A stretch of 64,000 nt of DNA from Pseudomonadota bacterium (GCA_021816425.1 JAKAXT010000002.1:1512-65511), one strand, 5' to 3'. Numbered from the stretch's first letter, positions 10,537 through 23,850 are shown. Notes: generated by a model from the sequence alone, not told the origin. Numbers and translations are program-made.

Positions 10537-11435
10537 GGGGCCTCTTGCGCCGTCCGGGCCGTGAGCGCCCGACCAAGCAGGCGCTCCAGGATCGCGAGCG
10601 GCGCGCTCGCCGGGTCCTGCAGGCACCGTACCGGCACATGAAAGGTCTGCTCGAACAGGTACTGGCCGGCCATGGCCGCGTGCGCAACCTGGTCTGTGAA
10701 GACCATCCAGGTCGTGGCGGCCGGAAAGGCCACCTCGCACTGGCGACAATGGCGCTGATAATGCTCGTCGCCCTTCATGGCGTCGTGCAAGCCCAGCATG
10801 TAATGATCGTAGTCGGTGCGATAGCCCGCGGTGAGTCCGGTGGCGCGCAGCAACCAGCGCTGCCCCGGGAGCGGGCGCCGCAACGTCGGCAAGAAACGCT
10901 TGGCACAGGCCTCGAAGGGCTCCCCCAGCCGCCAGATCCGGCCACGGCCGTCGGGATTCACGTTACTGAAGACGCGCAGGATGCGCTCGCCTCGATTGGG
11001 GCGCGAGGGGAAGGCATCCACATGCAGGCGGCTGTCATCCTTGCGATAGGATGACGGACGCTCCTTGACCTCGATCGGCCGATAGCTGGTCCGCCCCATG
11101 CGCAACTGCCTCCCATAGGCCGGGATGAGGGTGGCGACGAGGGCGTGCGCGCTTTGCGCGAATCGCGCCACCATGGCCTGCAAGCGCTCGCGCTCGCTGC
11201 CGGCAAGACCGGTCCCCTTCAGAACCCCCGACGAGGGGTCGTAGCTTATGTTCTTGGAGCGCCCGTCCGAACAGCGGGGATCGAGAAACGCGTATTCCTC
11301 GGCGTTCAGCGCGAATGCGAGACGCGGAAAGAACAGGACCTTTCCGCTCTCCAACGCGCGCGCCGCCCGATCCATGACCGGCACCGGGAAGACGGTGTCG
11401 AAAGAATCCCCATCAATGTTCTCCAGCGGATCCAT
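10509..11435 (-). CDS. kdoO: Kdo hydroxylase family protein
   Basis: LESGKVLFFP, KNISYD, RKDDSRLHVDAFPSRPNRGERILRVF, FTDQVAHAAMAGQ; AAGGAGG RBS. Confidence 0.88.
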   Translation of the reverse strand: MDPLENIDGDSFDTVFPVPVMDRAARALESGKVLFFPRLAFALNAEEYAFLDPRCSDGRSKNISYDPSSGVLKGTGLAGSERERLQAMVARFAQSAHALVATLIPAYGRQLRMGRTSYRPIEVKERPSSYRKDDSRLHVDAFPSRPNRGERILRVFSNVNPDGRGRIWRLGEPFEACAKRFLPTLRRPLPGQRWLLRATGLTAGYRTDYDHYMLGLHDAMKGDEHYQRHCRQCEVAFPAATTWMVFTDQVAHAAMAGQYLFEQTFHVPVRCLQDPASAPLAILERLLGRALTARTAQEAPQKRSIRAS

Positions 11436-11520
11436 GAGCGCCTCCTTGGTCGTCATGTTCGCACAGCCGGGGCCCGATATCCGAGCCCGCCCGGCGGCTT
11501 GCGCCCGCCGGCGGGGCCGC

Positions 11521-12174
11521 CTAGAGCCTGCTCAGGCGATAGACGGTCTCCTCGCGCCACGCAAGCCCCTGCTCCTCGAGCCCCGGGTCCTCGGCGGCCG
11601 TCTTGCGCTCGCTCTCCAGGACCTCTATCGCGAAATGGTCTGCGAAGATCTCCCGGACCTCGGTCTCCGAAACCGCAAAGGGCGGCCCGCTGTCCGGGTC
11701 CTTCAACGAGAACGGCGCCACCAGGAGGACCGGCGTCCCGGGATCGGTCAGTCGCGCCATCTGCGCGGCGTAGTCGCGCCGCATGGCGGGCGGCATCGCA
11801 ATCAAGGCCGCGCGGTCATAGACGGCCGCCACGGGCCCCAGCAGTTCGCGGGTGAGGTGGAAGTAATTACCGAGCAGGATCGTGATCCCCTCGGCCTGGT
11901 ATTCGAGGAACTCGCCGCGGCCGACCCGGCCGACCGGGATCTCCTGCTCGCGGAAGAACGCCTCCACCGCAAGCGGGCTCAATTCGATGCCGAGGACCCC
12001 CCGCCCCTGGTCGCGCAACCATGTCATGTCCCGGCTCTTGCCACAGAGGGGTACGAACACGGTCCCTTGGGCACCCAGCGCGCCGAGGTGGCGGCGCAGG
12101 AAGCGGTTGACCTCGGCCTGATGAAAGCCGATGCGGTTCTCGTGCCAACGGTTATGCCAAAATCCGGGCTTCAT
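11521..12174 (-). CDS. tpm: Thiopurine S-methyltransferase
   Basis: FWHNRWHENRIGFHQ, VFVPLCGKSRDM, YDRAALIA, GPPFAV. Confidence 0.92.
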   Translation of the reverse strand: MKPGFWHNRWHENRIGFHQAEVNRFLRRHLGALGAQGTVFVPLCGKSRDMTWLRDQGRGVLGIELSPLAVEAFFREQEIPVGRVGRGEFLEYQAEGITILLGNYFHLTRELLGPVAAVYDRAALIAMPPAMRRDYAAQMARLTDPGTPVLLVAPFSLKDPDSGPPFAVSETEVREIFADHFAIEVLESERKTAAEDPGLEEQGLAWREETVYRLSRL

Positions 12175-12977
12175 GACTCCCCCTCCGCGCCTGTGAGCAA
12201 GGCCTTGACGGCGGCCACCGCCGCGGGCCTTCCGAAAACGACCTGATAGCGCCCGGGCGGCCCGTCCAGGGACTCGAACGCCGCGCCCGCCTCGAGGGCC
12301 ACCGCCCAGGCCGCGCACACATCCCACAGCTTGGCGTGCCAATCGATGGCGACGGCCCCCTGCCCGCGCAGGGCGGCGCTATGGGCGTAGCAGTCGCGAT
12401 AGACGCGCAGATTGGGATAGGCCCCCGCCAGCCGGCAAAAGAGTTCGCCCCGCCCGCCCTTGACGAAATTCTCGGGGGCCGTGGCCATGACCATGGGCGT
12501 CCCCGCCTCCTCGCGGTCCGCGACCCGCAACGCCTGCCCGTTACATGAAGCGCCGAGCCCGCAGGCCGCGCTCACGCGCACATCGAGCCGCGGATGATCT
12601 ATGACCCCGAGGACCGGATGGCCCTCGTGGCGCAGCGCGATCAAAGTCCCGAAGGTCGGCACCCCGTGCACGAAATTGTCGGTCCCGTCGATCGGGTCCA
12701 GCACCCACTCCCAGGCGCTGCCCCGCCCCTCGGGCGGATACTCCTCGCCCGTGAGGTCGTGATCGCCGAAATTCGCGGCAATGGCCTCGCGCCAGGCGGC
12801 CTCTATGCGCTGGTCGGCCACGCTCACATAAGAGCCGTCGGCCTTGACGGCGATATCGGCCTCGCTCAAGGGGGTCTCGGCCACGAGCCTGCGGCCCAGG
12901 TCCGCGAGCGACAAGGCGAAGCGGAGGAAACGGCGACTGTCGGCGGCGCTTATGCGCGGGGGGATGGAATGCGTCAT
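12171..12977 (-). CDS. Inositol monophosphatase family protein (possible histidinol-phosphatase)
   Basis: KADGSYVSVAD, GEE, WVLDPIDGTDNF, LWD motifs. Confidence 0.85.
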   Translation of the reverse strand: MTHSIPPRISAADSRRFLRFALSLADLGRRLVAETPLSEADIAVKADGSYVSVADQRIEAAWREAIAANFGDHDLTGEEYPPEGRGSAWEWVLDPIDGTDNFVHGVPTFGTLIALRHEGHPVLGVIDHPRLDVRVSAACGLGASCNGQALRVADREEAGTPMVMATAPENFVKGGRGELFCRLAGAYPNLRVYRDCYAHSAALRGQGAVAIDWHAKLWDVCAAWAVALEAGAAFESLDGPPGRYQVVFGRPAAVAAVKALLTGAEGES

Positions 12978-13281
12978 AGGCCCGGACGATACCGGCTCGA
13001 TGGATCCTAGACAAGATTCGGACCCGCGATCGAGTCGGTTATACTGTCGCCCCATGCGCACCGGCCGGCTTGCGCAGGATGCGCACCCGCGACTATCCGG
13101 GCCTCGCCCGACCCCTCGCGGCCCGCATGGCCCGGCACCGGACGCAAGCCCCAAAGACCGCCCCAACGTGAGATCTTAAGGAGGACGTGGAGACCGGCGC
13201 AAGGCAAGGGACGATCGGAGAGCGGCGCGCGGCCTTCACCGCCGGCCGCCCGCAACTTGCAGGCGCCATTTCCCGCAAAGC

Positions 13282-15981
<2,700 letters not shown>

Positions 15982-15985
<4 letters not shown>

Positions 15986-17025
15986 TCGGACCACGCGCTC
16001 TGTCTGTAGCGCTCATGCGCGCGCCTGAGCCACACGATCAGCACGGCCGAGATCGGCAAGGCCAGCAGGATGCCCGCGAAACCGAACAGGCGGCCGCCCG
16101 TCAGCACCACGAAGATCACGAGGACCGGGTGCAGGCGGAGGGAACGGCCCACGAGCCTGGGCCCGAGCACCATGCTCTCCATCATCTCGCCAAAGCCAAA
16201 CGCCGCGAACACGAAGAGGAGATGCCGAAGGTCGTGATACTGCAGCAAGACCGCGAGGCTCGCTACGAGGAGGCCCGTGAAAAACCCGAGATAGGGAATG
16301 AAACTCAGGAAGCCGGTCATGACGCCGAGCGGCAAAGCCAGATCGAGGCCGGCCAGGCTCAGGCCGACCGTATAGATGACCGCAAGCGCGGTCATCACCG
16401 TGAGCTGCCCGCGCAAAAGCCGGCCGAGCTGCGTGTCGACCTCCCGGGCGAATCCGACCACCCCGTCGCGATAGCGTCCCGGGAGGATCTCGACGGCGGT
16501 CATGCGTATGCCGTCCCAGTCCCGCAGCAGGTAGAAGGTCACCACGAGGATCAGCATGAGTCGCGCGAGCGCCACCACGACATGGAGGCCGGATGCGGTC
16601 GCAAGCGGCAGGAGCCGTCCCATGTCGGCGCCCACGCTTTGCCACTGCGCGAGGATCCGCTCTTTCATCTCGTGCAGGTCGGGCGTATAGCGGCCGTGGG
16701 TGGCGCGCAGGATGCGTGCCTGCAGCCAGTTCATGTAATCGGGGGCGTGCGCCGTGAAGGTCGCGAACTCCTTTTGCGCCATGGGCACGAGCGCGAGCGC
16801 CAGGGCCGCGACCGCGACGGCCACGAGCAGCAGCAAAAACAGGATGGTGGCACTGCGCGGGACGCCGATGCGCGCACCATAGGACACCACGGGATTGGCG
16901 ATGTAGGCGGTGAGCGCCGCCAACAGGAACAGGGTGATGACCGGGGCCAGGACGTAGATCACCTCGGCCGCGGCAAGCAGACCCGCAACCACATACAGGA
17001 TGCGGCGTTCAGTCTCTCCCAACAC
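15982..17025 (-). CDS. AI-2E family transporter (PerM-like)
   Basis: Multi-pass membrane protein with FYLLRDW, LRGQL, FIPYLG, LHPV motifs. Confidence 0.88.
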
Positions 17026-17575
17026 GCCCGGCCTCGATCTCCCGCACGACTCCCCACGTCCAGAGATAGTGTCCGCCGCTTGCAATCGTGGTGACAAGGA
17101 CCGCAAAGACGAGCGCCGCCTGGACATGGGGGACATGGAACCCGAAGGCGCGCTCGGCGAGCAGGAAGATCACGAGCAGGATCTGCGCGAAGGTGTTGAA
17201 CTTGCTGACCCGGCTCGGCCGCATGACCACAGGGCCGTAGAGCGACGTATAGACGAGATAGCCGCCCACGATGAGTACATCGCGGAACGTCACCACGAGC
17301 ACGAGCCAAAAGGGCACGAAGGTCAGCAAGGCCAGCATGACGTAGGCGCTCACCAGCAGGACCTTGTCGGCCAAGGGGTCGAGGATGGCGCCAAGCTGGG
17401 TCACGAAGCCGAAGCGCTTGGCGATGTAGCCGTCGAGGCCGTCCGATACCCCGGCGATCAAAAAGACCCACAGGGCGTCGAGATAATGATGGTCCTTCAA
17501 AACGAGGATCAGGAGCGGCACGAACGCCATGCGCAGCAGTGTGATCATGTTGGGGAGGTGCTGCAGTCTCTTCAC
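17009..17575 (-). CDS. CDP-alcohol phosphatidyltransferase
   Basis: PNMITLLR, SDGLDGYIAK...LGAILDPLADK signature. Confidence 0.92.
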   Translation of the reverse strand: MKRLQHLPNMITLLRMAFVPLLILVLKDHHYLDALWVFLIAGVSDGLDGYIAKRFGFVTQLGAILDPLADKVLLVSAYVMLALLTFVPFWLVLVVTFRDVLIVGGYLVYTSLYGPVVMRPSRVSKFNTFAQILLVIFLLAERAFGFHVPHVQAALVFAVLVTTIASGGHYLWTWGVVREIEAGRVGRD

Positions 17576-17715
17576 GTACGCTCCTTACGGTTCGCGGCAC
17601 AGGCCCCGGGGGTTGCGCCACGCCACAGCCCCGTTTACCGCCCCGAGCCGAGCCAAGTCAAGGTTTACTTGCAAGACCCCAGGCTCTAACATAACGCCCA
17701 TCTCGGAGTCCTCTT

Positions 17716-18753
17716 GTGACAACACCCAAAAACCCGCCCCCCCTGACCTATCGCGATGCCGGCGTCGACATCGAGGCCGGCGATGCGCTGGTCGAGGCCC
17801 TGAAGCCGATCGCCGCGAAGACCGCGCGCCCCGGCGTGCTCGCGGGGCTCGGGGGCTTCGGTGCGCTCTTCTCGCTGTCCGGCCGCTACCGTGATCCGAT
17901 CCTGGTGTCGGGCACCGACGGCGTGGGCACCAAGCTCCTGCTCGCGATCGCCCTCGATCGACACGACGACATCGGCATCGACCTCGTCGCCATGTGCGCC
18001 AACGACATCGTGGTTCAGGGGGCCGAACCGCTGTTCTTCCTCGACTACTTCGCCTCCGGCAGGCTCGATACCAGAAAGGCCGAGCGCATTATCGCCGGAA
18101 TCGGGCGCGGCTGCGAATTGGCCGGGGCGGCCCTGATCGGCGGCGAAACCGCGGAGATGCCGGGCGTCTATCGCGACCAGGACTATGACCTCGCGGGCTT
18201 TTGCGTGGGCGCCGTGGAGCGCGACCGCCTGATCGACGGGTCGCGCGTCCGGGCGGGCGACCTCATCATCGGCCTGCCCTCCTCGGGGCTCCACTCCAAC
18301 GGCTACTCGCTCGCGCGGTCGGTCATCGCCCGGTGCCGGAGCGACCTCACGGCCGCACTCGAGGGGCGCGCGCTCGCCGACATCCTGCTTGCGCCGACCC
18401 GCATCTATGTGAAAAGCCTGCTCGCCCTGCATGCGGCGATCGATGTGCACGCCATGGCCCACATCACAGGCGGCGGTCTGCCCGGGAACGTGCCGCGCGT
18501 CATCCCCGAGGGGTTGCGCGCCGTGATCGACCGGTCCTCCTGGCAGTGGCCGGCGATCTTCCGGTGGCTTCAAGACGGCGGGGAGATCGCCGAAGAGGAG
18601 ATGTACCGCACCTTCAATTGCGGCGTCGGCATGGTCGTGGTCGTAGGCGAGGCCGATGTCGAGACGGCTCTGGCCCTCCTCCGCGACCAGGGCGAGGAAC
18701 CCTTCGTCATCGGCCGCATCGACGCGGGGCGCGGCGATTTCGCGTGGGCCTAG
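17716..18753 (+). CDS. purM: Phosphoribosylformylglycinamidine cyclo-ligase
   Basis: [38 protein letters not shown]. Confidence 0.97.
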   Translation: MTTPKNPPPLTYRDAGVDIEAGDALVEALKPIAAKTARPGVLAGLGGFGALFSLSGRYRDPILVSGTDGVGTKLLLAIALDRHDDIGIDLVAMCANDIVVQGAEPLFFLDYFASGRLDTRKAERIIAGIGRGCELAGAALIGGETAEMPGVYRDQDYDLAGFCVGAVERDRLIDGSRVRAGDLIIGLPSSGLHSNGYSLARSVIARCRSDLTAALEGRALADILLAPTRIYVKSLLALHAAIDVHAMAHITGGGLPGNVPRVIPEGLRAVIDRSSWQWPAIFRWLQDGGEIAEEEMYRTFNCGVGMVVVVGEADVETALALLRDQGEEPFVIGRIDAGRGDFAWA

Positions 18754-19334
18754 GCCCCTCCCTCAGGGTCGCGGTCGTAGTCTCCGGGCGCGGCAGCAAT
18801 CTGCGGGCGCTCCATGAAAAGGCCGCGCAATACGAGTACCTCGTAGCCGGGGTCGTGAGCAACAATCCGGCAGCGCCGGCCGTCGACTACGCCTCGCGTC
18901 AGGGCCTGCCGGTGTGCGTCGTCGACCATCGCGCCTACGCCACGCGCGCGCTCTTCGAGGACGCCCTGGCCTCGGCGCTCGACCGCCTGAACCCCGATGT
19001 CATCGCCCTCGCCGGGTTCCTGAGGGTCCTGGGCGCGGACTTCGTCCGTCGCTACCAGGGGAGGCTTTTGAACATCCACCCCTCGCTCCTGCCCGCCTTC
19101 CCCGGACTCGACACCCATCGCCGCGCCCTGGAGGCCGGGGCGCGCGTGCACGGCGCGACCGTACATCTCGTGACCGATGCCCTCGACGGCGGCCCGATCA
19201 TCGCCCAGGCGGGCCTGCCCGTCGGGCCCGCCGAGGATGTCCCGGCCCTCGCGGCGCGCGTGCTCGCCCTGGAACACGAGCTCTACCCCTACGTACTCGG
19301 GTGCTGGGCGCGCGGCGAGGTGGCGGTCCGCTGA
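18744..19334 (+). CDS. purN: Phosphoribosylglycinamide formyltransferase
   Basis: [27 protein letters not shown]; follows purM. Confidence 0.95.
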   Translation: MGLGPSLRVAVVVSGRGSNLRALHEKAAQYEYLVAGVVSNNPAAPAVDYASRQGLPVCVVDHRAYATRALFEDALASALDRLNPDVIALAGFLRVLGADFVRRYQGRLLNIHPSLLPAFPGLDTHRRALEAGARVHGATVHLVTDALDGGPIIAQAGLPVGPAEDVPALAARVLALEHELYPYVLGCWARGEVAVR

Positions 19335-19424
19335 CCCTCGGACGGCCCCTCCCACTCCCTCCGGGGGCATGCTTCCCCTGCCTGCGCGAGCGGCATAAAC
19401 TGGGCGCCGCGATATAACAAGTCA

Positions 19425-19450
19425 GGAATAAATGACGATAGGGCACCGTC
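19425..19450 (+). promoter_or_regulatory. ECF-sigma-type promoter, probably autoregulatory
   Basis: GGAATA (19425-19430), 16-nt spacer, CGTC (19447-19450), just upstream of the GAGGAG RBS of the ECF gene. Confidence 0.65.
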
Positions 19451-19471
19451 CCACCATCGAGGAGACCAATT

Positions 19472-20020
19472 ATGCGCATCAGCCAGCTGTTTTGCCGCTC
19501 GCGGGAGCTGAAAAAGACCCTGGAGGCCAGCCGTTCGCGCCTCTACCGCATCGCCTACGCCTGGACGCACAACCCCGCCCTCGCCGACGATCTGGTCCAG
19601 GAGACGCTCACCAAGGCCTGGCAGAAGCACGACCAGCTCCGGGACCCGGGGGCCGAAGAGGCCTGGCTCTTCAGCATAATGACCAACTGTTTCCGCGACC
19701 ATCATCGCCGCGAGCGCGAGACGGACGACATCGATGAGATGGACATCCCCTGCGAGCACTGCCTGGAGACCGAGCACATGCGCTCGGAACTGGCGGTGCG
19801 CGTACGGGCGGCAATCGCCAAACTCCCGCAGGGCCAGCGCCAGGTCGTGACCCTGGTCGATCTAGAAGGTTTCTCTTATAATGAGGTATCCTTGATACTT
19901 GGAATACCGAGCGGCACAGTTATGAGCCGCCTATGCCGGGCGCGTGCGGCCTTGAAGGGCATGTTGCTGCCCGAGATCGCGGCGTCCGATCAGGCGCCTA
20001 GGATACGGAGGGTAAAATGA
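19472..20020 (+). CDS. ECF RNA polymerase sigma factor
   Basis: Region 2 (ADDLVQET...WLFSIMTN) and region 4 (LEGFSYNEV...GTVMSRLCRAR). Confidence 0.93.
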   Translation: MRISQLFCRSRELKKTLEASRSRLYRIAYAWTHNPALADDLVQETLTKAWQKHDQLRDPGAEEAWLFSIMTNCFRDHHRRERETDDIDEMDIPCEHCLETEHMRSELAVRVRAAIAKLPQGQRQVVTLVDLEGFSYNEVSLILGIPSGTVMSRLCRARAALKGMLLPEIAASDQAPRIRRVK

Positions 20021-20736
20021 CGGACACGGAAGGCCCGGGGCTCTCGGATGAATTTCTCAACGCCTTCGTCGACAACCAGATCGACAGCGACGAGAAGGGC
20101 CGCGTCTATCCGCTCATAAACGCCGATCAGGACCTGAACCGCAAGGTCTGCGAGCTGCGCAAGATCTCGGACCTGGTGCGGCTCGCCTACGATGCGCCGC
20201 CGCCGGTCGATCAACGCGAGCGGCCGCGCCAGGATCTGGCGCGGCGCCTGGCGCCGCTGCTCGCCCCCATCGTCCTTCTGCTCGGGGTCACGCTCGGGTG
20301 GTGGCTGCGCAGCTTCTGGGCGCCCGCCGTACCGCCGGCGACCACCGCCATCGCGGCCGCCGCAGGCCCCACCACCAAGGTCCTGTTCCACCTGGACAAC
20401 GGTGATCGCGCCCATATGCGCCAGGTGCTCGAGGAGGCCAAGCATCTTCTGGCGCGCTATCGGGCGGATCATAAGCGCGCCAAGGTCGAGATCCTGGCCG
20501 ATGGCCCGGGCCTCGCCCTTTTGCGCCGCCGTTTGTCCCCATTCTCGGCGCGCATCGCGCAACTCCAGGCACGCTACCCGAATCTGATATTCGCCGCCTG
20601 CCAGGACACCATCAACCGTCTGGAGCGGCGCAAGGGCATAGACCCGCACCTCTTGCCGCAGGCGGTCATCGTGCCGTCGGCAATCGCCGAGATCGTCCGT
20701 CTCCAGCGCCGCGGCTGGACCTATATCCGTGTTTGA
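20017..20736 (+). CDS. Transmembrane anti-sigma factor fused to a DsrE-like domain
   Basis: N-terminal LNAFVDNQI anti-sigma helix, one TM segment, then KVLFH...GPGLALL...FAACQDT...VPSAIAEIVRLQRRGWTYIR (DsrE-like). Confidence 0.8.
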   Translation: MTDTEGPGLSDEFLNAFVDNQIDSDEKGRVYPLINADQDLNRKVCELRKISDLVRLAYDAPPPVDQRERPRQDLARRLAPLLAPIVLLLGVTLGWWLRSFWAPAVPPATTAIAAAAGPTTKVLFHLDNGDRAHMRQVLEEAKHLLARYRADHKRAKVEILADGPGLALLRRRLSPFSARIAQLQARYPNLIFAACQDTINRLERRKGIDPHLLPQAVIVPSAIAEIVRLQRRGWTYIRV

Positions 20737-21898
20737 CCTTGCCTCGGCGCGCATCCTTGCCGGGGCGCGGCGGGGGCGTGTCCTCGCAAGCCTCGGGCTC
20801 TGTCTCCTGAGCGGGCTAAGCGGGGCCCACACCTTCGTCTACGTGGCCAATTACAACAACAGCACGATAGGGGTCTATGCCGAACACGACAAAGGCCGCT
20901 TGACGCCGCTGCAGATGATCCGCACGCCCGGCGGCCCGGAGTCGATCGTGACCGACAAACTGGGCTTCGTGGTGACGGCCGACAGTCTGGCGCACGCGGT
21001 CAGCGCCTATCGCGTGAACCCCGCGGATGGCCGGCTGACGCCTGCGGCCGTGCGCTTCGAGGGGCCGCGCGCCAACCCCTTCAGCCTGACGGCAAGCCCG
21101 GGCGGACGCTTCCTTTACGTCGCCAACAGCGGAGACAGCACGGTCGGCATCTATCGCCTCCAGGCCGGACGCGGCACGCTTACCGGCGAGGGAGAGGTCC
21201 ACGAGAGGCCTGGCGCCAAGCCCTATGCCGTGGCCTTGACGCCCAACGGGCGCTACGCCTATGTCGCAAACTTCGGGAACGCCACCATTGCCATGTATCG
21301 ACGCACCCCGGGCCACGCCGCCCTGACGCCCATCGGCATCTTTCATGAGCCGCCGGGCGACGGGCCCTACGGCCTGTCGGTGGGACCGGACGGGCGCTTC
21401 CTCTATGTCGCGGATTTTCGGGCGAACGTACTGCTCGTGCTGGCCATCGGGCCCCACGGCCGGCTGACGGCGAAGGATCGGGTGACCGAGCCCTACGACC
21501 ACCACCCGGACTCGCTCGTCATCGATCCGAGCGGCCGCTATCTCTTCGTGGCCAATACCAGCGCCAACGACATCTCCATCTTTCGGGTCGATCAGGCGAG
21601 CGGCCGCATCGCCCGCGTCGGGCGCGTCCCGACCGGGAGCTACCCGTTCTCCCTGACCCTCGACCGCGCCGCGCGCTTCGTGTTCGCGGTCAATTTCGGG
21701 AGCAGCACGATCAGCCGTTATCGCCTGGATCGCCACCGCGGCACGCTCAGCGCGATCGGGACCACCCGCGAACCCTCGTACGCGGACCCCTACGGGATCG
21801 CCGCGCTCACGATGCGGGCGGCGGCCGCTCCCCGGACTCGCGGAACCGCCGGTAATCGGCGAGGATCCGGGGGTGGTCGAAAACGACCGGCACCGTGA
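20729..21898 (+). CDS. Exported lactonase-family beta-propeller protein
   Basis: Signal-like N-terminus and repeated PxGRFLYVAN blades. Confidence 0.8.
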   Translation: MFDLASARILAGARRGRVLASLGLCLLSGLSGAHTFVYVANYNNSTIGVYAEHDKGRLTPLQMIRTPGGPESIVTDKLGFVVTADSLAHAVSAYRVNPADGRLTPAAVRFEGPRANPFSLTASPGGRFLYVANSGDSTVGIYRLQAGRGTLTGEGEVHERPGAKPYAVALTPNGRYAYVANFGNATIAMYRRTPGHAALTPIGIFHEPPGDGPYGLSVGPDGRFLYVADFRANVLLVLAIGPHGRLTAKDRVTEPYDHHPDSLVIDPSGRYLFVANTSANDISIFRVDQASGRIARVGRVPTGSYPFSLTLDRAARFVFAVNFGSSTISRYRLDRHRGTLSAIGTTREPSYADPYGIAALTMRAAAAPRTRGTAGNRRGSGGGRKRPAP

Positions 21899-22241
21899 CA
21901 TCGTGGATGTCGAATACCCGGCAGGTCCGTGCGTCATCCCCGGCGCGCGGGCGGCCGTTTGCGCGGGCGACATAGACGAGAGAGGCCGTGTGCCCGCGCG
22001 CATCGCGGGCGGGGTCGGAATAGCAGCCGAGCAGGGCCTCCAGGGTGACGGCAAGACCGGTCTCCTCCAGGGCCTCGCGGCGCGCGGCGTCCTCCACGCG
22101 CTCGCCGACATCGACGAACCCGCCCGGCAGGGCCCAGCCATGCGGCGGGTTGCGGCGCTCGATCAGGATCACGCCCTCCGGACGCGCGTCCAGACGGATG
22201 ATGATGTCGACCGCAAGGAGGGGTGTCCTGGGGGCCGTCAT
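21807..22241 (-). CDS. NUDIX hydrolase (ADP-ribose pyrophosphatase-like)
   Basis: GGFVDVGERVEDAARREALEETG Nudix box; FDH C-terminal motif. Confidence 0.92.
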   Translation of the reverse strand: MTAPRTPLLAVDIIIRLDARPEGVILIERRNPPHGWALPGGFVDVGERVEDAARREALEETGLAVTLEALLGCYSDPARDARGHTASLVYVARANGRPRAGDDARTCRVFDIHDVTVPVVFDHPRILADYRRFRESGERPPPAS

Positions 22242-22272
22242 TTGCCTTGGTCCATGCTACAATGTCCTCCGT

Positions 22273-22467
22273 ATGGAAGAGATTACCGCGCCATCGGGGC
22301 AAGTGATAGAACTGCGCCAGATCTTTCACGAGACCGGCGCTCGCCTGCTGCGGGTCATCATACGCGACGGGGTCAAATATTCTACGATCGAGCTCGATGC
22401 GGCGACCGCCTTCGATTGGGGAACACGGATGCGGGACTGGGCCACCGATAGCGCCAAGGATGCGTGA
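22273..22467 (+). CDS. Small conserved hypothetical protein (DUF6967-like)
   Basis: MEEITAPSGQVIELRQIFHETGARLLRVIIRDGVKYSTIELD; resemblance recalled from memory. Confidence 0.65.
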   Translation: MEEITAPSGQVIELRQIFHETGARLLRVIIRDGVKYSTIELDAATAFDWGTRMRDWATDSAKDA

Positions 22468-22548
22468 TCGGGCCCAAACGAGTGGACCGCCGGCAAGGGC
22501 CGCAGTCAGCCTGCCGGTGCGGTCGTCTAAATCATGAGAGGAATGAAC

Positions 22549-23739
22549 ATGCTTCAAGGTCTTATCGTCTTGCCGTGGTGGGGCTACGCGCTGGTGGCGC
22601 TCGCCTTGACGCACGTCACCATCGTATCGGTCACGATCTACCTCCACCGCCATCAGACGCACCGGGCCCTCGACCTGCACCCCGCCGTCGCGCACTTCTT
22701 CCGGCTCTGGCTGTGGCTCACGACCGGCATGGTGACCAAGGACTGGGTCGCCATACACAGGAAGCACCATGCGCGCTGCGAGACCGAGGACGATCCGCAC
22801 AGCCCGCAGGTGCTGGGCCTCAGGAAGGTGCTATGGCAGGGCGCCGAGCTTTATCGTGCCGAGGCCAAGAATGCCGAGACGCTCGCCAAGTTCGGGCACA
22901 ACACCCCCGACGACTGGCTGGAGCGGCGCGTGTACTCGCGCTTCAGCGCCTATGGCATCGTCATCACCCTGATCGCCGATCTGATCTGCTTCGGGGCGAT
23001 CGGGCTTACGATCTGGGCCATCCAGATGGTCTGGATCCCGTTTTTCGCAGCCGGCGTGGTCAATGGCGTGGGTCATTATTACGGATACCGCAACTTCGAG
23101 TGCGCGGATGCGGCCACGAACATCTCGCCGATCGGCATCCTGATCGGCGGCGAGGAGCTCCACAACAACCACCACACCTATGCGAGCTCGGCGAAGTTTT
23201 CCTGCAAACCCTGGGAGTTCGACATCGGCTGGGGCTACATCCGGGCGCTCGAAATCCTCGGCCTTGCGACCGTAAAGAAGGTCGCGCCCATCCCGACCTA
23301 CGCCCCGCCCAAGGAGGCCTGCGACCTGGAGACCGTGAAGGCGGTCATCCATCACCGCTTCCAGGTCATGGCGCGCTTCGCGAGCGAAGTCCTGCATAAG
23401 GTCCACGATGAAGAGGTCCAAAAGGCCGCGGCCGCCAACCGCCAGGCCGCCAAGCTCCTGAAGAGGGCCAAACGCCTCATGGTGCGTGAAAAGGCGCTCA
23501 TAGGCGAGGCGGGCCATCGCCAGCTCGAGGAGATCCTGGCCACGAACAGCACCCTGCATACCGTCTATACGATGAAGGAACGGCTCCAGGACGTGTGGAG
23601 GCGCTCCGCGACCACGCAGGAACAGCTGCTCGAGGCTTTGCAGGAATGGTGCCGGCAGGCGGAATCGACGGGGATCCAGGCCCTGCACGACTTCTCGGCC
23701 GCCATTCGGACCTACGCCGCCAACTCCGTCACGGCCTAA
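22549..23739 (+). CDS. desA: Delta-9 fatty acid desaturase
   Basis: His boxes HRHQTH, HRKHH, HNNHH; DesA-type C-terminal tail (LQEWC..AE.TGI). Confidence 0.92.
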   Translation: MLQGLIVLPWWGYALVALALTHVTIVSVTIYLHRHQTHRALDLHPAVAHFFRLWLWLTTGMVTKDWVAIHRKHHARCETEDDPHSPQVLGLRKVLWQGAELYRAEAKNAETLAKFGHNTPDDWLERRVYSRFSAYGIVITLIADLICFGAIGLTIWAIQMVWIPFFAAGVVNGVGHYYGYRNFECADAATNISPIGILIGGEELHNNHHTYASSAKFSCKPWEFDIGWGYIRALEILGLATVKKVAPIPTYAPPKEACDLETVKAVIHHRFQVMARFASEVLHKVHDEEVQKAAAANRQAAKLLKRAKRLMVREKALIGEAGHRQLEEILATNSTLHTVYTMKERLQDVWRRSATTQEQLLEALQEWCRQAESTGIQALHDFSAAIRTYAANSVTA

Positions 23740-23763
23740 GGCCCCCACCCGCCTTTTCGGAAA

Positions 23764-23798
23764 GGCCGCGGCGCCCCTTCTCGGCGCCGCGGCCCTTT
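23764..23798. terminator. GC-rich hairpin between convergent desA and HNH genes
   Basis: GGCCGCGGCGCC-7 nt-GGCGCCGCGGCC followed by CTTT; short T tract. Confidence 0.5.
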
Positions 23799-23850
23799 CA
23801 CCTTCCCTTGCTGATACGGATCCGTGCCCCGGACGGGGCGGGCGGCGCGT

